DNA of 42,425 bases. Origin: Methanotrichaceae archaeon (GTDB taxonomy: Archaea; Halobacteriota; Methanosarcinia; Methanotrichales; Methanotrichaceae). Location of the stretch: NCBI GenBank assembly GCA_963754945.1, contig CAVWIG010000045.1, positions 1 through 42,425 on the forward strand. The letters are read 5' to 3'. Shown piece after piece: positions 9,910-18,112 of this stretch. Both the position numbers and the translations under genes were made by a program. Each line of letters opens with the position of its first letter. Positions within the stretch are counted from its first letter, which is position 1. The notes beneath the pieces were generated by a model. That model saw nothing but the letters and a program-made list of their open reading frames with translations, made no database searches and was not told the DNA's origin.

Positions 9910-9914
9910 GATCC

Positions 9915-11327
9915 ATGAAAGAAAGTAGCCCGCTTAACCTTTACAAGCAGCTTCCCCAGACCAACTGCAAGAAATGTGGTGAGGAGACCTGTATGGCCTT
10001 TGCCGCAGGCCTTATCGCCAGGACCAGGAAGGTAGAGGAGTGCACGCCACTCATCGATGAGAAGAAGTATGCTAAGAAGCTAGAGACCCTCAAGTCCATC
10101 GTGGCCCCCGAACTGGCTATGGTCTTGATAGGCGCAGGCGAAAAGCAGGTCAAGGTCGGAGGCGAGGATGTAATGTACCGCCACCAGATGACCTTCTTCA
10201 ACAAGGCGCCCTTCGCCTACGACGTGGCTGACAACATGGATGAGGCAAAGCTCGTCGAGCGCGTCAAGAAGATCTCCACCTGGAGGAAATTCTACATCGG
10301 CAAGTGGGAGCGCGTGGAGATGATCGCTGTCCGGTCAGTCACAGACGACCCGGCTAAGTTCGCTGCATGCGTCAAGAAGGTCATGGAGACCTCGGACTAT
10401 CCGCTGATTCTCTGCTCCTTCAACCCCAAGGTCCTGCGCGCAGGATTAGAGGTTGCCGCCAAGAGCAGGCCGTTGATCTACGCCGCCACCAAGGACAACT
10501 GGCAAGAAGTAGCAAAGCTGGCTGACGAGTTCAAGGTGCCAGTAACCCTGTCCGTTCCCTTCGACCTGGACGGCCTCAAGTCCATGGCTGCCACCTTCGC
10601 AGGCATGGGCCTAAAGGACCTGATCCTTGACCCGGGAACAGCACCCAACGGCAAGAAGCTCCAGGAGACTCTGCTGAACTTCATCAAGCTCAGAAGGGCG
10701 GCAGTCGAGGAGGCTCAGAGGGATATTGCCTATCCAGTCATGGCATTGCCCATCAACGCCTGGCTGACCAGTCAGGACCCAGCACGTGCAGCCTACTGGG
10801 AGTCGGTGCTCACCGGCGCCTTCGTCATTCGCGGTGGAGCCATAATGATCAAGCACTCCATCGAGGCCTACAGCATGATGCCGGACATGCATCTTCGGTT
10901 CAACATCTACACCGACCCGAGGAAACCTGTCCAGGTCAAGCCAGGACTCTACAAGGTCGGCACCCCGGGACCGGAGTCGCCCATCATCGTGACCACGAAT
11001 TTCGCCCTGACTTACTACACAGTCGAGTCTGACGTCGCCTCAAACAACATAAACGCCTACATCCTGTCCGTCAACACCGATGGTATCGGCGTGCAGGCAT
11101 CTGTTGCCGGCGGCCAGCTCAACCCGACTAAGATCAAGGAATCCATGGACGAGACTGGTTTCGATTGGAAGGGCCAGAAGTACCCCGCACTGATGCTGCC
11201 AGGAATGGCTGCCAAGTTCAGCGGCGAGCTTGAGGACCTCTTTGCAGGCAAGGCCAAGATCATGGTCGGCCCAGAGGACTCGGGACGCATCGTCGGCTGG
11301 ATGAAGGATTACTGGCCGCCAAAGTAA
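9915..11327 (+). CDS. cdhE: ACDS complex gamma subunit (corrinoid Fe-S protein large subunit)
   Basis: LPQTNCKKCGEETCMAFA...C Fe-S domain, NIYTDPRKP, TTNFALTYYTVESD, VGPEDS. ATG at 9915. Confidence 0.97.
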   Translation: MKESSPLNLYKQLPQTNCKKCGEETCMAFAAGLIARTRKVEECTPLIDEKKYAKKLETLKSIVAPELAMVLIGAGEKQVKVGGEDVMYRHQMTFFNKAPFAYDVADNMDEAKLVERVKKISTWRKFYIGKWERVEMIAVRSVTDDPAKFAACVKKVMETSDYPLILCSFNPKVLRAGLEVAAKSRPLIYAATKDNWQEVAKLADEFKVPVTLSVPFDLDGLKSMAATFAGMGLKDLILDPGTAPNGKKLQETLLNFIKLRRAAVEEAQRDIAYPVMALPINAWLTSQDPARAAYWESVLTGAFVIRGGAIMIKHSIEAYSMMPDMHLRFNIYTDPRKPVQVKPGLYKVGTPGPESPIIVTTNFALTYYTVESDVASNNINAYILSVNTDGIGVQASVAGGQLNPTKIKESMDETGFDWKGQKYPALMLPGMAAKFSGELEDLFAGKAKIMVGPEDSGRIVGWMKDYWPPK

Positions 11328-11336
11328 GAGAATAGT

Positions 11337-11385
11337 TGTGCCCGATGAGGGCACACAAACCTTATTTTATGCATTCTTTTTGTAT
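11337..11385 (+). terminator. Hairpin plus T-tracts after cdhE
   Basis: TGTGCCC-gatga-GGGCACA (11337-11355) followed by TTATTTTAT and TTCTTTTTTGT. Confidence 0.6.
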
Positions 11386-11540
11386 TATTCAGAATAGTTT
11401 GCCATCTCTCAGACAGTATCGGGCGAACGACTCGTTCAATTAATAACTCATCGATAAGTAACATATCGATAAATAACTCAATGATAAGACGATTCATCGA
11501 TGAGCAAAGTGCCAATTAAGAACTTATCCATGAATGGCAG

Positions 11541-11714
11541 ATGGATAAATCAGTGCTCACGGCACTTGTAGCTGATCTTCAAATGATGCCTAAGGACCGA
11601 AAGAGCAAGAGCTTGAACGGGTACAAGAACATCATGCGCCCCCATGGAGGATCGAGGGGTCCCCCAGCGGCCGCAGCCGGTGGTGGTGGTGGTGGTGGCG
11701 GCTGCGGAGGCTAG
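11541..11714 (+). CDS. Putative 57-aa peptide with a poly-Gly/Cys C-terminus (absent from the ORF track)
   Basis: Hand translation gives MDKSVLTALVADLQMMPKDRKSKSLNGYKNIMRPHGGSRGPPAAAAGGGGGGGGCGG*. AT-rich upstream region; T-tract after the stop. Confidence 0.55.
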   Translation: MDKSVLTALVADLQMMPKDRKSKSLNGYKNIMRPHGGSRGPPAAAAGGGGGGGGCGG

Positions 11715-11791
11715 ATACACAAGCCAATTATTTTTCTACTTACCAAAGACCAGGCTAGCTGAAAAGAACCTTTTAGGGATGAAAAGGAGTA

Positions 11792-12157
11792 CTACTCCAT
11801 CTCCGCTTCTTCCAAATGCTCCTTGGGAGCGAGCAGCAGCTCGTTGAACTGAAGTATCTCAACCACCTGGGCCACGTAGCGCCTCTGCTGGTACCTCTGG
11901 ATATCCTGGTTCATCCGCAGCTCGGCGTCGACCTGGACCCTGATCAGAGCAAGACGGAGGTCTTTCAGATCCTCGTCATTCAAGCATAGGGCGCAGATGT
12001 CCTTCAGAAACCACGGCAACCTCATGGGGTTACGCAGGATCTTGGCAAGCAGAAGGATATGCGGCTTGGGCTCCTTGACCTCATCCTCTCCAATGAGCAG
12101 CTTCAGGTCTGTAGACGAGTATCTCTCGCCTTTTATTGTTATGTCATTCTCGTTCAA
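11792..12157 (-). CDS. Hypothetical protein, last gene of the cobZ-cobS-cobY unit
   Basis: Abuts the cobY stop; plausible helical protein with typical codon usage. Confidence 0.75.
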   Translation of the reverse strand: MNENDITIKGERYSSTDLKLLIGEDEVKEPKPHILLLAKILRNPMRLPWFLKDICALCLNDEDLKDLRLALIRVQVDAELRMNQDIQRYQQRRYVAQVVEILQFNELLLAPKEHLEEAEME

Positions 12158-12757
12158 CTAAAGATCACCTTGCATTATCGATTCGCAGAGCTTGAGATCC
12201 TCGACAACATTCACGTTGACAGCCAGCTCGATCCTCTCCATGATCAGATGGTAGTCTTCCTGCTCCTCCCTAATATTTGCTCCGTCCAAGATATTTATGC
12301 CCGATGGAACAATAAGCTGGCTACGGTAGTTGAACAGCGAATCCGGCCTACGTCCAAGGCGACGATGCAGATCGAGCGGAGTGTGAGTGGACAAAGCCGG
12401 TTCGGGGCGCTTTTCGTACGTCTCCATGATCTCGTCTATCAGGTCCGGAGTTACCAGGGGCAGATCGGCCATTACTATCAGGATGGGCTCTGCCACTCCG
12501 GCCATCTCCACGGCTTCAACCATGTCCGTCACGAATCCCTTACCCTTCGTGTCAACGACACCCAATTCCCTCTCCAACGCCCATTTTCTGGTCATAGGCA
12601 CATTTTCAGTGGCTGCCACGAATATCCTATACGCCGAGCTGTCCAGCAGTGCGGACACGACGTAGTCTATAAGCGGCCTGCCGAACAGCTTGACAAGGGG
12701 CTTCTCGCCCATCCTAAGGCGGGAGCCCTTCCCACCAGCCATCACCAGTGCATCCAA
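12158..12757 (-). CDS. cobY: Adenosylcobinamide-phosphate guanylyltransferase
   Basis: MAGGKGSRL..GEKPL, ADLP, NVN..EDL motifs. TTG start at 12757 (MDALVMAGG) overlaps the cobS end. Confidence 0.92.
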   Translation of the reverse strand: MDALVMAGGKGSRLRMGEKPLVKLFGRPLIDYVVSALLDSSAYRIFVAATENVPMTRKWALERELGVVDTKGKGFVTDMVEAVEMAGVAEPILIVMADLPLVTPDLIDEIMETYEKRPEPALSTHTPLDLHRRLGRRPDSLFNYRSQLIVPSGINILDGANIREEQEDYHLIMERIELAVNVNVVEDLKLCESIMQGDL

Positions 12758-13506
12758 GGAAGTACACCCCCCAAAGTCAACGCCGCAGCCAGTGCAATGG
12801 CGCGACAAATCTCATTTGTGGCACCTATCCCGTCTCCGGTGGCTCCGCCGAAGTTCCTCTTTGCAACGATCACGAGATAGAGGGCGACCAATTGTGAAGC
12901 AGCCAGCATGATCAGTCCAAGGGTGCCGAGAGCAACGTAACTTGCGGCTACAGAGATGGCCAGGGCGATCAAGAACTCTCTATGGCCGGTCCTATCGATC
13001 ATTATCTGTCCGAACCCCTTGTGCAGTGATTTGGAGAATGCCGCGAAGGCGATCATCGACTGTTTGGCCGAAACCTCGGCAACCAGAAGTGCAAGAGGCA
13101 GGAGGAGAGCTGGCATAGAGTTGATGATGGCATAGTTTGCTATCAGGATCATGACTATGAAAGCCGCGCCGCCTGTCCCCAAGCTTACGTCCTTCATGGC
13201 CGCAACCTTCTTCTCCGGGGATCCGTGGGTCACTATACCGTCCCCGAAGTCGGCCAGACCGTCCAGGTGATTGATCCCGCACAGCTTGTAGATTATGGCC
13301 AAAACCAGGACCGAAGTCAGGGTGGCCGGGAATAATCTGGAAAGGAGGTAGGCCGACCCGCCCATTATTGCCCCCAGGACTATACCAACGAGGGAGAACA
13401 CGTAGACGTGGCTCATTAGGGCCTCCAAGCCTTCCATACTTATGCCAACGGGTATTGTGGACAGAAATCCGAAACCGGACTTGAGAGCAAAACAGAAGTC
13501 CTTCAG
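12742..13506 (-). CDS. cobS: Adenosylcobinamide-GDP ribazoletransferase (cobamide synthase)
   Basis: GINHLDGLADFGDG, MKD...GTGG, FGGATGD.IGA.NE. The N-terminal GFLSTIP motif lies upstream of the first ATG (13437), so a CTG start at 13506 is proposed. Confidence 0.92.
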   Translation of the reverse strand: MKDFCFALKSGFGFLSTIPVGISMEGLEALMSHVYVFSLVGIVLGAIMGGSAYLLSRLFPATLTSVLVLAIIYKLCGINHLDGLADFGDGIVTHGSPEKKVAAMKDVSLGTGGAAFIVMILIANYAIINSMPALLLPLALLVAEVSAKQSMIAFAAFSKSLHKGFGQIMIDRTGHREFLIALAISVAASYVALGTLGLIMLAASQLVALYLVIVAKRNFGGATGDGIGATNEICRAIALAAALTLGGVLPWMHW

Positions 13507-13967
13507 CCCAACACCGCCCTGGTATACATATTAGAGGAAACTCCTCCTATTAGGCCGCCGATCACATCGTCCATGAAGGGCCCCAAACGCCCGAGGATCC
13601 CGGGCTTGGCCTTGTCGTACCGGACATAATCGAAGACCCCTTTGTATCCGCCTATGTACTTAGCTATGCTCATGCCCAACACCTCGTCTGCTATCAGACA
13701 AGTGAGATCGTTGTCGTAATCAGACTGCTTTAGGTTTGGCAGATTGGCCTTGCTCCCTTCCGACTCAAGGAGTACACCGGCGTAGATCAAAAGGGCCAGG
13801 TTTGGATCGGAAAGCGCGAGGTCCAGCTCTCTCCTGAAGACTGCTTCGGCCTTCTCTCGTGTCTCCACGCCCGGGTGGGGAAAGTAAAGTTCAAAGGCAG
13901 CAGATACTATTTCATCTATAGTTATTCCCATACTCTTAAGGACCTCTCGGATGTCTCTCTCGGCCAT
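13503..13967 (-). CDS. cobZ: Alpha-ribazole phosphatase CobZ (PgpA-like)
   Basis: DPN, LIADEVLG..IA.YIGG..G.F.Y.RYD..KPGIL..LGPF.DD.IGGL motif; next to cobS. Confidence 0.88.
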   Translation of the reverse strand: MAERDIREVLKSMGITIDEIVSAAFELYFPHPGVETREKAEAVFRRELDLALSDPNLALLIYAGVLLESEGSKANLPNLKQSDYDNDLTCLIADEVLGMSIAKYIGGYKGVFDYVRYDKAKPGILGRLGPFMDDVIGGLIGGVSSNMYTRAVLG

Positions 13968-14053
13968 GAATAAGCTTGACATTCCTAAAGGATAAAAGAA
14001 TATCTAGCGAAGTTATTTAAGGTCTCCAGCCGATTAGTCTCTGGGGATTTAGT

Positions 14054-14380
14054 ATGAAGACCATGGTCAAGATCTTTGTGGATTATGAGCATCTGGTACG
14101 GGTCGTGAACACCCTGACGGAACTCGGGATCACCGGCTTCTACATAGTCGAGTACCAGGGGATGGCCCCAAAGACCTGGAAGAACTTTCGCTTGAGTGAG
14201 GACCCCAAGATGACCCTGGAGACGATAAGGAATCACTCTGAGCCCGGTGTCATGGTGAATACTGTAGTCGGCTCGGACAAATGTGACCGGATCATAAAGC
14301 AGCTCGAGGAAGCTTTAAAAGGAATAAGGTACACGATTATGGGGCACAAGGTCACATCGATAAAGGTTAAAGGGGACTAA
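14054..14380 (+). CDS. MJ1244-family (P-II-like) protein
   Basis: GITGFY..EY.G..P..WK.F...EDP pattern; 108 aa. Confidence 0.75.
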   Translation: MKTMVKIFVDYEHLVRVVNTLTELGITGFYIVEYQGMAPKTWKNFRLSEDPKMTLETIRNHSEPGVMVNTVVGSDKCDRIIKQLEEALKGIRYTIMGHKVTSIKVKGD

Positions 14381-14613
14381 TGAAAATGCAAGAGCTCAAA
14401 GAACAGGTAGAAGCTGCCCTAGAACGCATTCGAAACGCCCTGCGAGTCGAGGGAGGAGACGTCGAGCTGGTGGACATTGAAGACGGTGTAGTTAAAGTGA
14501 AGCTACAGGGCAGCTGTGCCGGATGCCCCTTCTCTCAGATGACCCTGAAGAACTTCATCGAGAAGGAACTTAGAAAGGACGTTTCAGGTGTAACTGGCGT
14601 CGAGGCTGTTTAG
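14380..14613 (+). CDS. NifU/Nfu-family Fe-S carrier
   Basis: GGDVELV...V.L.GSCAGCP.S..TLK Nfu signature. Confidence 0.93.
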   Translation: MKMQELKEQVEAALERIRNALRVEGGDVELVDIEDGVVKVKLQGSCAGCPFSQMTLKNFIEKELRKDVSGVTGVEAV

Positions 14614-14693
14614 AAAAATAGATTTTGTCTTCTGCACGTTTAGGCATACAAAATTTGAAATATTATCGCACCATATAATTGAGAGGTAGATTC

Positions 14694-14918
14694 ATGTTTC
14701 CCACTAAAAAGGTTCAGACTTTAATAGGCAGCAAGATTCAGGTCGAGATGAAAGGCTCTCCCAGGTACGTCCTCGAAGGCATACTCAATAGCGTAGACGA
14801 GTACCTAAACCTACATCTTCTGGAGACAGTCGAGTTGATCGGCGGAGAGAAGACGCGTTCTTTGGGATCCGTCATCCTAAGAGGAAACAACATCATCCTC
14901 ATAAGTCCTATTGAATAG
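14694..14918 (+). CDS. Sm-like archaeal protein (LSm/SmAP)
   Basis: Sm1 (G.L..VDEYLNLHL) and Sm2 (LG.VILRGNNI..ISP) motifs; ATG at 14694 after GAGGT. Confidence 0.93.
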   Translation: MFPTKKVQTLIGSKIQVEMKGSPRYVLEGILNSVDEYLNLHLLETVELIGGEKTRSLGSVILRGNNIILISPIE

Positions 14919-14926
14919 GTGTAAGG

Positions 14927-15313
14927 ATGTCTGCTGATGTGGATGCTCTGGAATTCATCAAATCAAGCGAGAGTGGCGTTCTGCAGAGTGATCTCTGGAA
15001 AGCGCTGAAGATCGATTCTAGAAAATGTTCTCGCGTAGTGGCAAAGCTGATGAAGGAGAACCTCATCACCAGGCAGCTGGAGACAATCGATGGTATCAGG
15101 ACTTATAGATTGTTCTATGCTGACAAATCAAATAGTAAACGATTCAAATCTCTCATGCCTGTACTGATATTTGAGCCCTGTGCAGGATGCATCGAAGAGT
15201 GTGAGCCAGAGCACTGTGCCAAGCTCAGTGAATGGATATTCTCGATAGTCATAGGTAACGAAGGAACCATAACGGCAAAGGACCAACCAGAAGATTACGG
15301 CCACGAAAGCTAA
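14927..15313 (+). CDS. Winged-helix protein with a C-terminal Cys cluster (TFE-beta/RPC34-like)
   Basis: GVLQSDLWK.L.IDSRKCSR wHTH plus PC.GC...C.P..C..L..W. Confidence 0.7.
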   Translation: MSADVDALEFIKSSESGVLQSDLWKALKIDSRKCSRVVAKLMKENLITRQLETIDGIRTYRLFYADKSNSKRFKSLMPVLIFEPCAGCIEECEPEHCAKLSEWIFSIVIGNEGTITAKDQPEDYGHES

Positions 15314-15342
15314 ACCTTCGGCCTTAGACCTCGATTAAAGAG

Positions 15343-15372
15343 TCAGCGGCCAAAACCGCTGAGCTTGTTTTT
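15343..15372. terminator. Hairpin between convergent genes
   Basis: TCAGCGG-ccaaaa-CCGCTGA followed by a T-tract. Confidence 0.45.
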
Positions 15373-15679
15373 AAGTGCTTATTTGCTCTGAGCCGAATCC
15401 TCTCTTCACAAGGATCTCTTTGATCCGCTGAATGTGATTGCCTTGCAGCTCTATTAGGCTGTCTTTTACGGTCCCACCACAGGCCAGCTTGGACTTAAGG
15501 TAAGTGCAGAGTTCCTGAAGGTCGATCTCATGGGGATCTATACCCTGGATCACGGTTACCTCTTTTCCATACCTGCGCTTTTGGACCTTGACAGCTATAC
15601 GCTGCTGTTCCTTGGCAACCTCCTCGCAGATGCAGAGCTCCCCAGGAAGGCCACAGACAGTGCACATTTCAGAACTCAT
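15371..15679 (-). CDS. Translation initiation factor SUI1/aIF-1 (YciH family)
   Basis: [27 protein letters not shown]...IELQG.H. Confidence 0.95.
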   Translation of the reverse strand: MSSEMCTVCGLPGELCICEEVAKEQQRIAVKVQKRRYGKEVTVIQGIDPHEIDLQELCTYLKSKLACGGTVKDSLIELQGNHIQRIKEILVKRGFGSEQIST

Positions 15680-15754
15680 TGTGTAGCAGTTACCTCCACA
15701 GAATATAAGATCTTCTCATATGGTATGCTATTAAAATCTAATGGTGAGTTTCGG

Positions 15755-18112
15755 CTAGGACCGGCCGCGAATCTTTATCTCTCTTAACCTCCTTCCAATA
15801 ACTTCCGCCAGGAATACTATTAAAGCAGTAAGCAGGAGCAAATCCCTCTTCGACACTCTGTCCTGGACTGTTCTCTGGTTCTTCATCCTGGCCTCTTCTA
15901 TCAGGCTGAGGCCTGCTTCCTTCTCGGTAAAGACCCTGCCCCCATTGGCCATTATCTTTTTGGGCAAGTCGGGATTGAAACCCAAGTCCCTGTACTCCAG
16001 GGGGTAGTTCACAGCAATCCCGTAGTCTCCAAGGTACATAATCCCTGTTTTATCAGGTGTCAATGTAACAGCGTACTGATTTTCTCCAGTACGCTGTATG
16101 CTTGCTTGATCTATAACAGGCTGGCTCTCGCTCTGAACAGTTACCTCCAACGGCGTTCCGAGCCAACCATCTCCCGAATCTATTCGATTCGTCTCAGGCC
16201 TGGGGTCGCCCACAGCCCAGTTGACTGTTGCCGATATCAACTTTGAGCTGGGAGCACTGTAGAGAGTTCCGGCCCATCCAGATCCATCGTCGGTGGAAAG
16301 GGCAGCCACTCTGCCCAGGCCGTATCGCCAGGCTGTTAGCACGGGTTTGCCGTCGGTCATGGCCACTAGCTTCTGGGCCCCTGGTTTGGGAGTCACGTCA
16401 TTGAAGCCGGAAATCGTTGCATTGATGTCAAGATCTGTTGTGATGTAATGGATCTTGTTCACTACTGAAACTGGGTACTCGGATGTTCCTTGGGGCTTCT
16501 GGGTCAGATTCTCCGGTTGGTTCTGGACCTTGGTGGTTATCGAGGTGGGATAGGTGAAGGGAAGGTACTCCGCCCCCGACTTGGACGCAAGATCCCCGAA
16601 TATTCCGTTCCCGTTGGGAAAGGCCTGGACCTGGATGAGACGAGTGGTAACGTTGATCTGGCGGATCAACTCGGAGGAGTGCAAGAAGACTTCAGGGTAG
16701 CTCCTCAGGTCTCCATCGGAGATGACTATAATCTCCCCCTTTCCTTCGGAGGAGTTGAGCATGTCTCTAGCAAGCTCGAGGCCGTTGTCCAGGTTGGTGT
16801 CCTCGCTTCCTGAAGGAGACAGGCTGGATATCTTGTCTTCTATGATAGGCTGACCCCTGGGCAGCGGCAGGGGGCTATTGACAACGTAGGCCTTGGTTCC
16901 GAACACAACCACGCCAACTTTGTAATCCCGGAAGTCGGGAGATTTGAGCAGCTCTATGGCCAGGGCTTTTGCATAATCCAGAAGAGTGGTCCCGTCTTTG
17001 GTCCTGGTCGCAAGCATGCTCAAGGAAATGTCAAGGACCAGCACCACCACTTTACCCCCTTTGAAGGTGCTCGGCAGCGATTTGACGGGCAGCAACTCCT
17101 CAAAGGACGAGTTGAGGTAACCTCCCAGCTCGTAAGAGTCGGTACCGCCAACCACAACCAAGCCACCGCCATTGCGAACGAACATTTTGAGGTTGGCTGG
17201 CTCGGAAAGGCTTCTCTGATCGTCCAGAACTACCGTCTTGTATCCACTCAAGGCCGGAGGGAGACTTTCCGATTGGGACAGCTTGTAGAGCCCTGAGAGG
17301 ATAGTCGTCAGGGGAGAAACACCACCGGAGACCAGAAGCACGTTGGCCTTGGGAACGACATAAACGGCTTTTTGGTACACGTTGTTCACTGGCTGAATGT
17401 CCGGGGAGATCTCAGCCCTCAGGATATGGGTTCCAGTGGTGAAGAACGTATGAGATATCCTGATGGACGAAGTGCTATTGGTGGAGACTCTATCGTTATA
17501 GATCGACTGGCCGTCGGCTGACACAGAGAGGGTACCAACATAATTTCCTGAGGCCTTGACGATGACCGAGAAGGGATAATCGCCTCCCGCTACGGCAGTG
17601 TTTGTTCCGGATATCTCAACGCTGGCATCTGTGACCACCGGGCCCATCTGGATGGCAAACACAGTTGTATTGGAGGCCCTTGCCAGAGCCAGAGAATCAT
17701 CCAGGGAACGTCCTTTATTGCTGTACCCGTCGGAGACAAGTACCAGGGTCGATCCGGGAGCGGCGTACTGAAGGATCTTGTCTCCAAGGGGAGTGGACTC
17801 TCCCGAGAAGGTCCTGATCTGGGAGTTGGGCAGCACGCTACCTAGCCTGGTAGCTACGTCTGGGTCAAAGACGGACATGGACGCGGTCTTGTCCGACAGT
17901 ATGGTGATGCTCGGCTCAGAGGATTGGACCACGTGGGTAGCCACAACGTACGGGTTGGCCGCTGCCGCTAAGATCAGGCAGAACACGGCCAGCCTGCTGG
18001 CAGCCATGAGCCTGTTCTTGGCCCGCTTAAAGGTGTAGATAAGCCCAGCCACCAGGAGGATGGGAATGCCCCACAGAATCTGGGGGTTTGAGAAGTAAAC
18101 CCCTTCCATCAT
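15755..18112 (-). CDS. Membrane-anchored vWA-domain protein with a GATase-like module
   Basis: N-terminal TM helices, MIDAS-like DKTAS and DISLS, LVSDG/VISDG, GGGLVVVGG, WRYGLGRV, C-terminal TM; ATGA overlap with the upstream gene. Confidence 0.85.
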   Translation of the reverse strand: MMEGVYFSNPQILWGIPILLVAGLIYTFKRAKNRLMAASRLAVFCLILAAAANPYVVATHVVQSSEPSITILSDKTASMSVFDPDVATRLGSVLPNSQIRTFSGESTPLGDKILQYAAPGSTLVLVSDGYSNKGRSLDDSLALARASNTTVFAIQMGPVVTDASVEISGTNTAVAGGDYPFSVIVKASGNYVGTLSVSADGQSIYNDRVSTNSTSSIRISHTFFTTGTHILRAEISPDIQPVNNVYQKAVYVVPKANVLLVSGGVSPLTTILSGLYKLSQSESLPPALSGYKTVVLDDQRSLSEPANLKMFVRNGGGLVVVGGTDSYELGGYLNSSFEELLPVKSLPSTFKGGKVVVLVLDISLSMLATRTKDGTTLLDYAKALAIELLKSPDFRDYKVGVVVFGTKAYVVNSPLPLPRGQPIIEDKISSLSPSGSEDTNLDNGLELARDMLNSSEGKGEIIVISDGDLRSYPEVFLHSSELIRQINVTTRLIQVQAFPNGNGIFGDLASKSGAEYLPFTYPTSITTKVQNQPENLTQKPQGTSEYPVSVVNKIHYITTDLDINATISGFNDVTPKPGAQKLVAMTDGKPVLTAWRYGLGRVAALSTDDGSGWAGTLYSAPSSKLISATVNWAVGDPRPETNRIDSGDGWLGTPLEVTVQSESQPVIDQASIQRTGENQYAVTLTPDKTGIMYLGDYGIAVNYPLEYRDLGFNPDLPKKIMANGGRVFTEKEAGLSLIEEARMKNQRTVQDRVSKRDLLLLTALIVFLAEVIGRRLREIKIRGRS

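Noticed and set aside
11644-11847. 67-aa ORF with poly-Val from the GGT repeat
   Set aside because: It overlaps the convergent gene and runs through the T-tract; the poly-Gly frame (11541-11714) fits better.
12059-12880. 273-aa plus-strand ORF and other long antisense ORFs (e.g. 3949-4764, 28208-28999, 20195-20875)
   Set aside because: Shadow frames of well-supported genes in GC-rich DNA, with no recognisable motifs.
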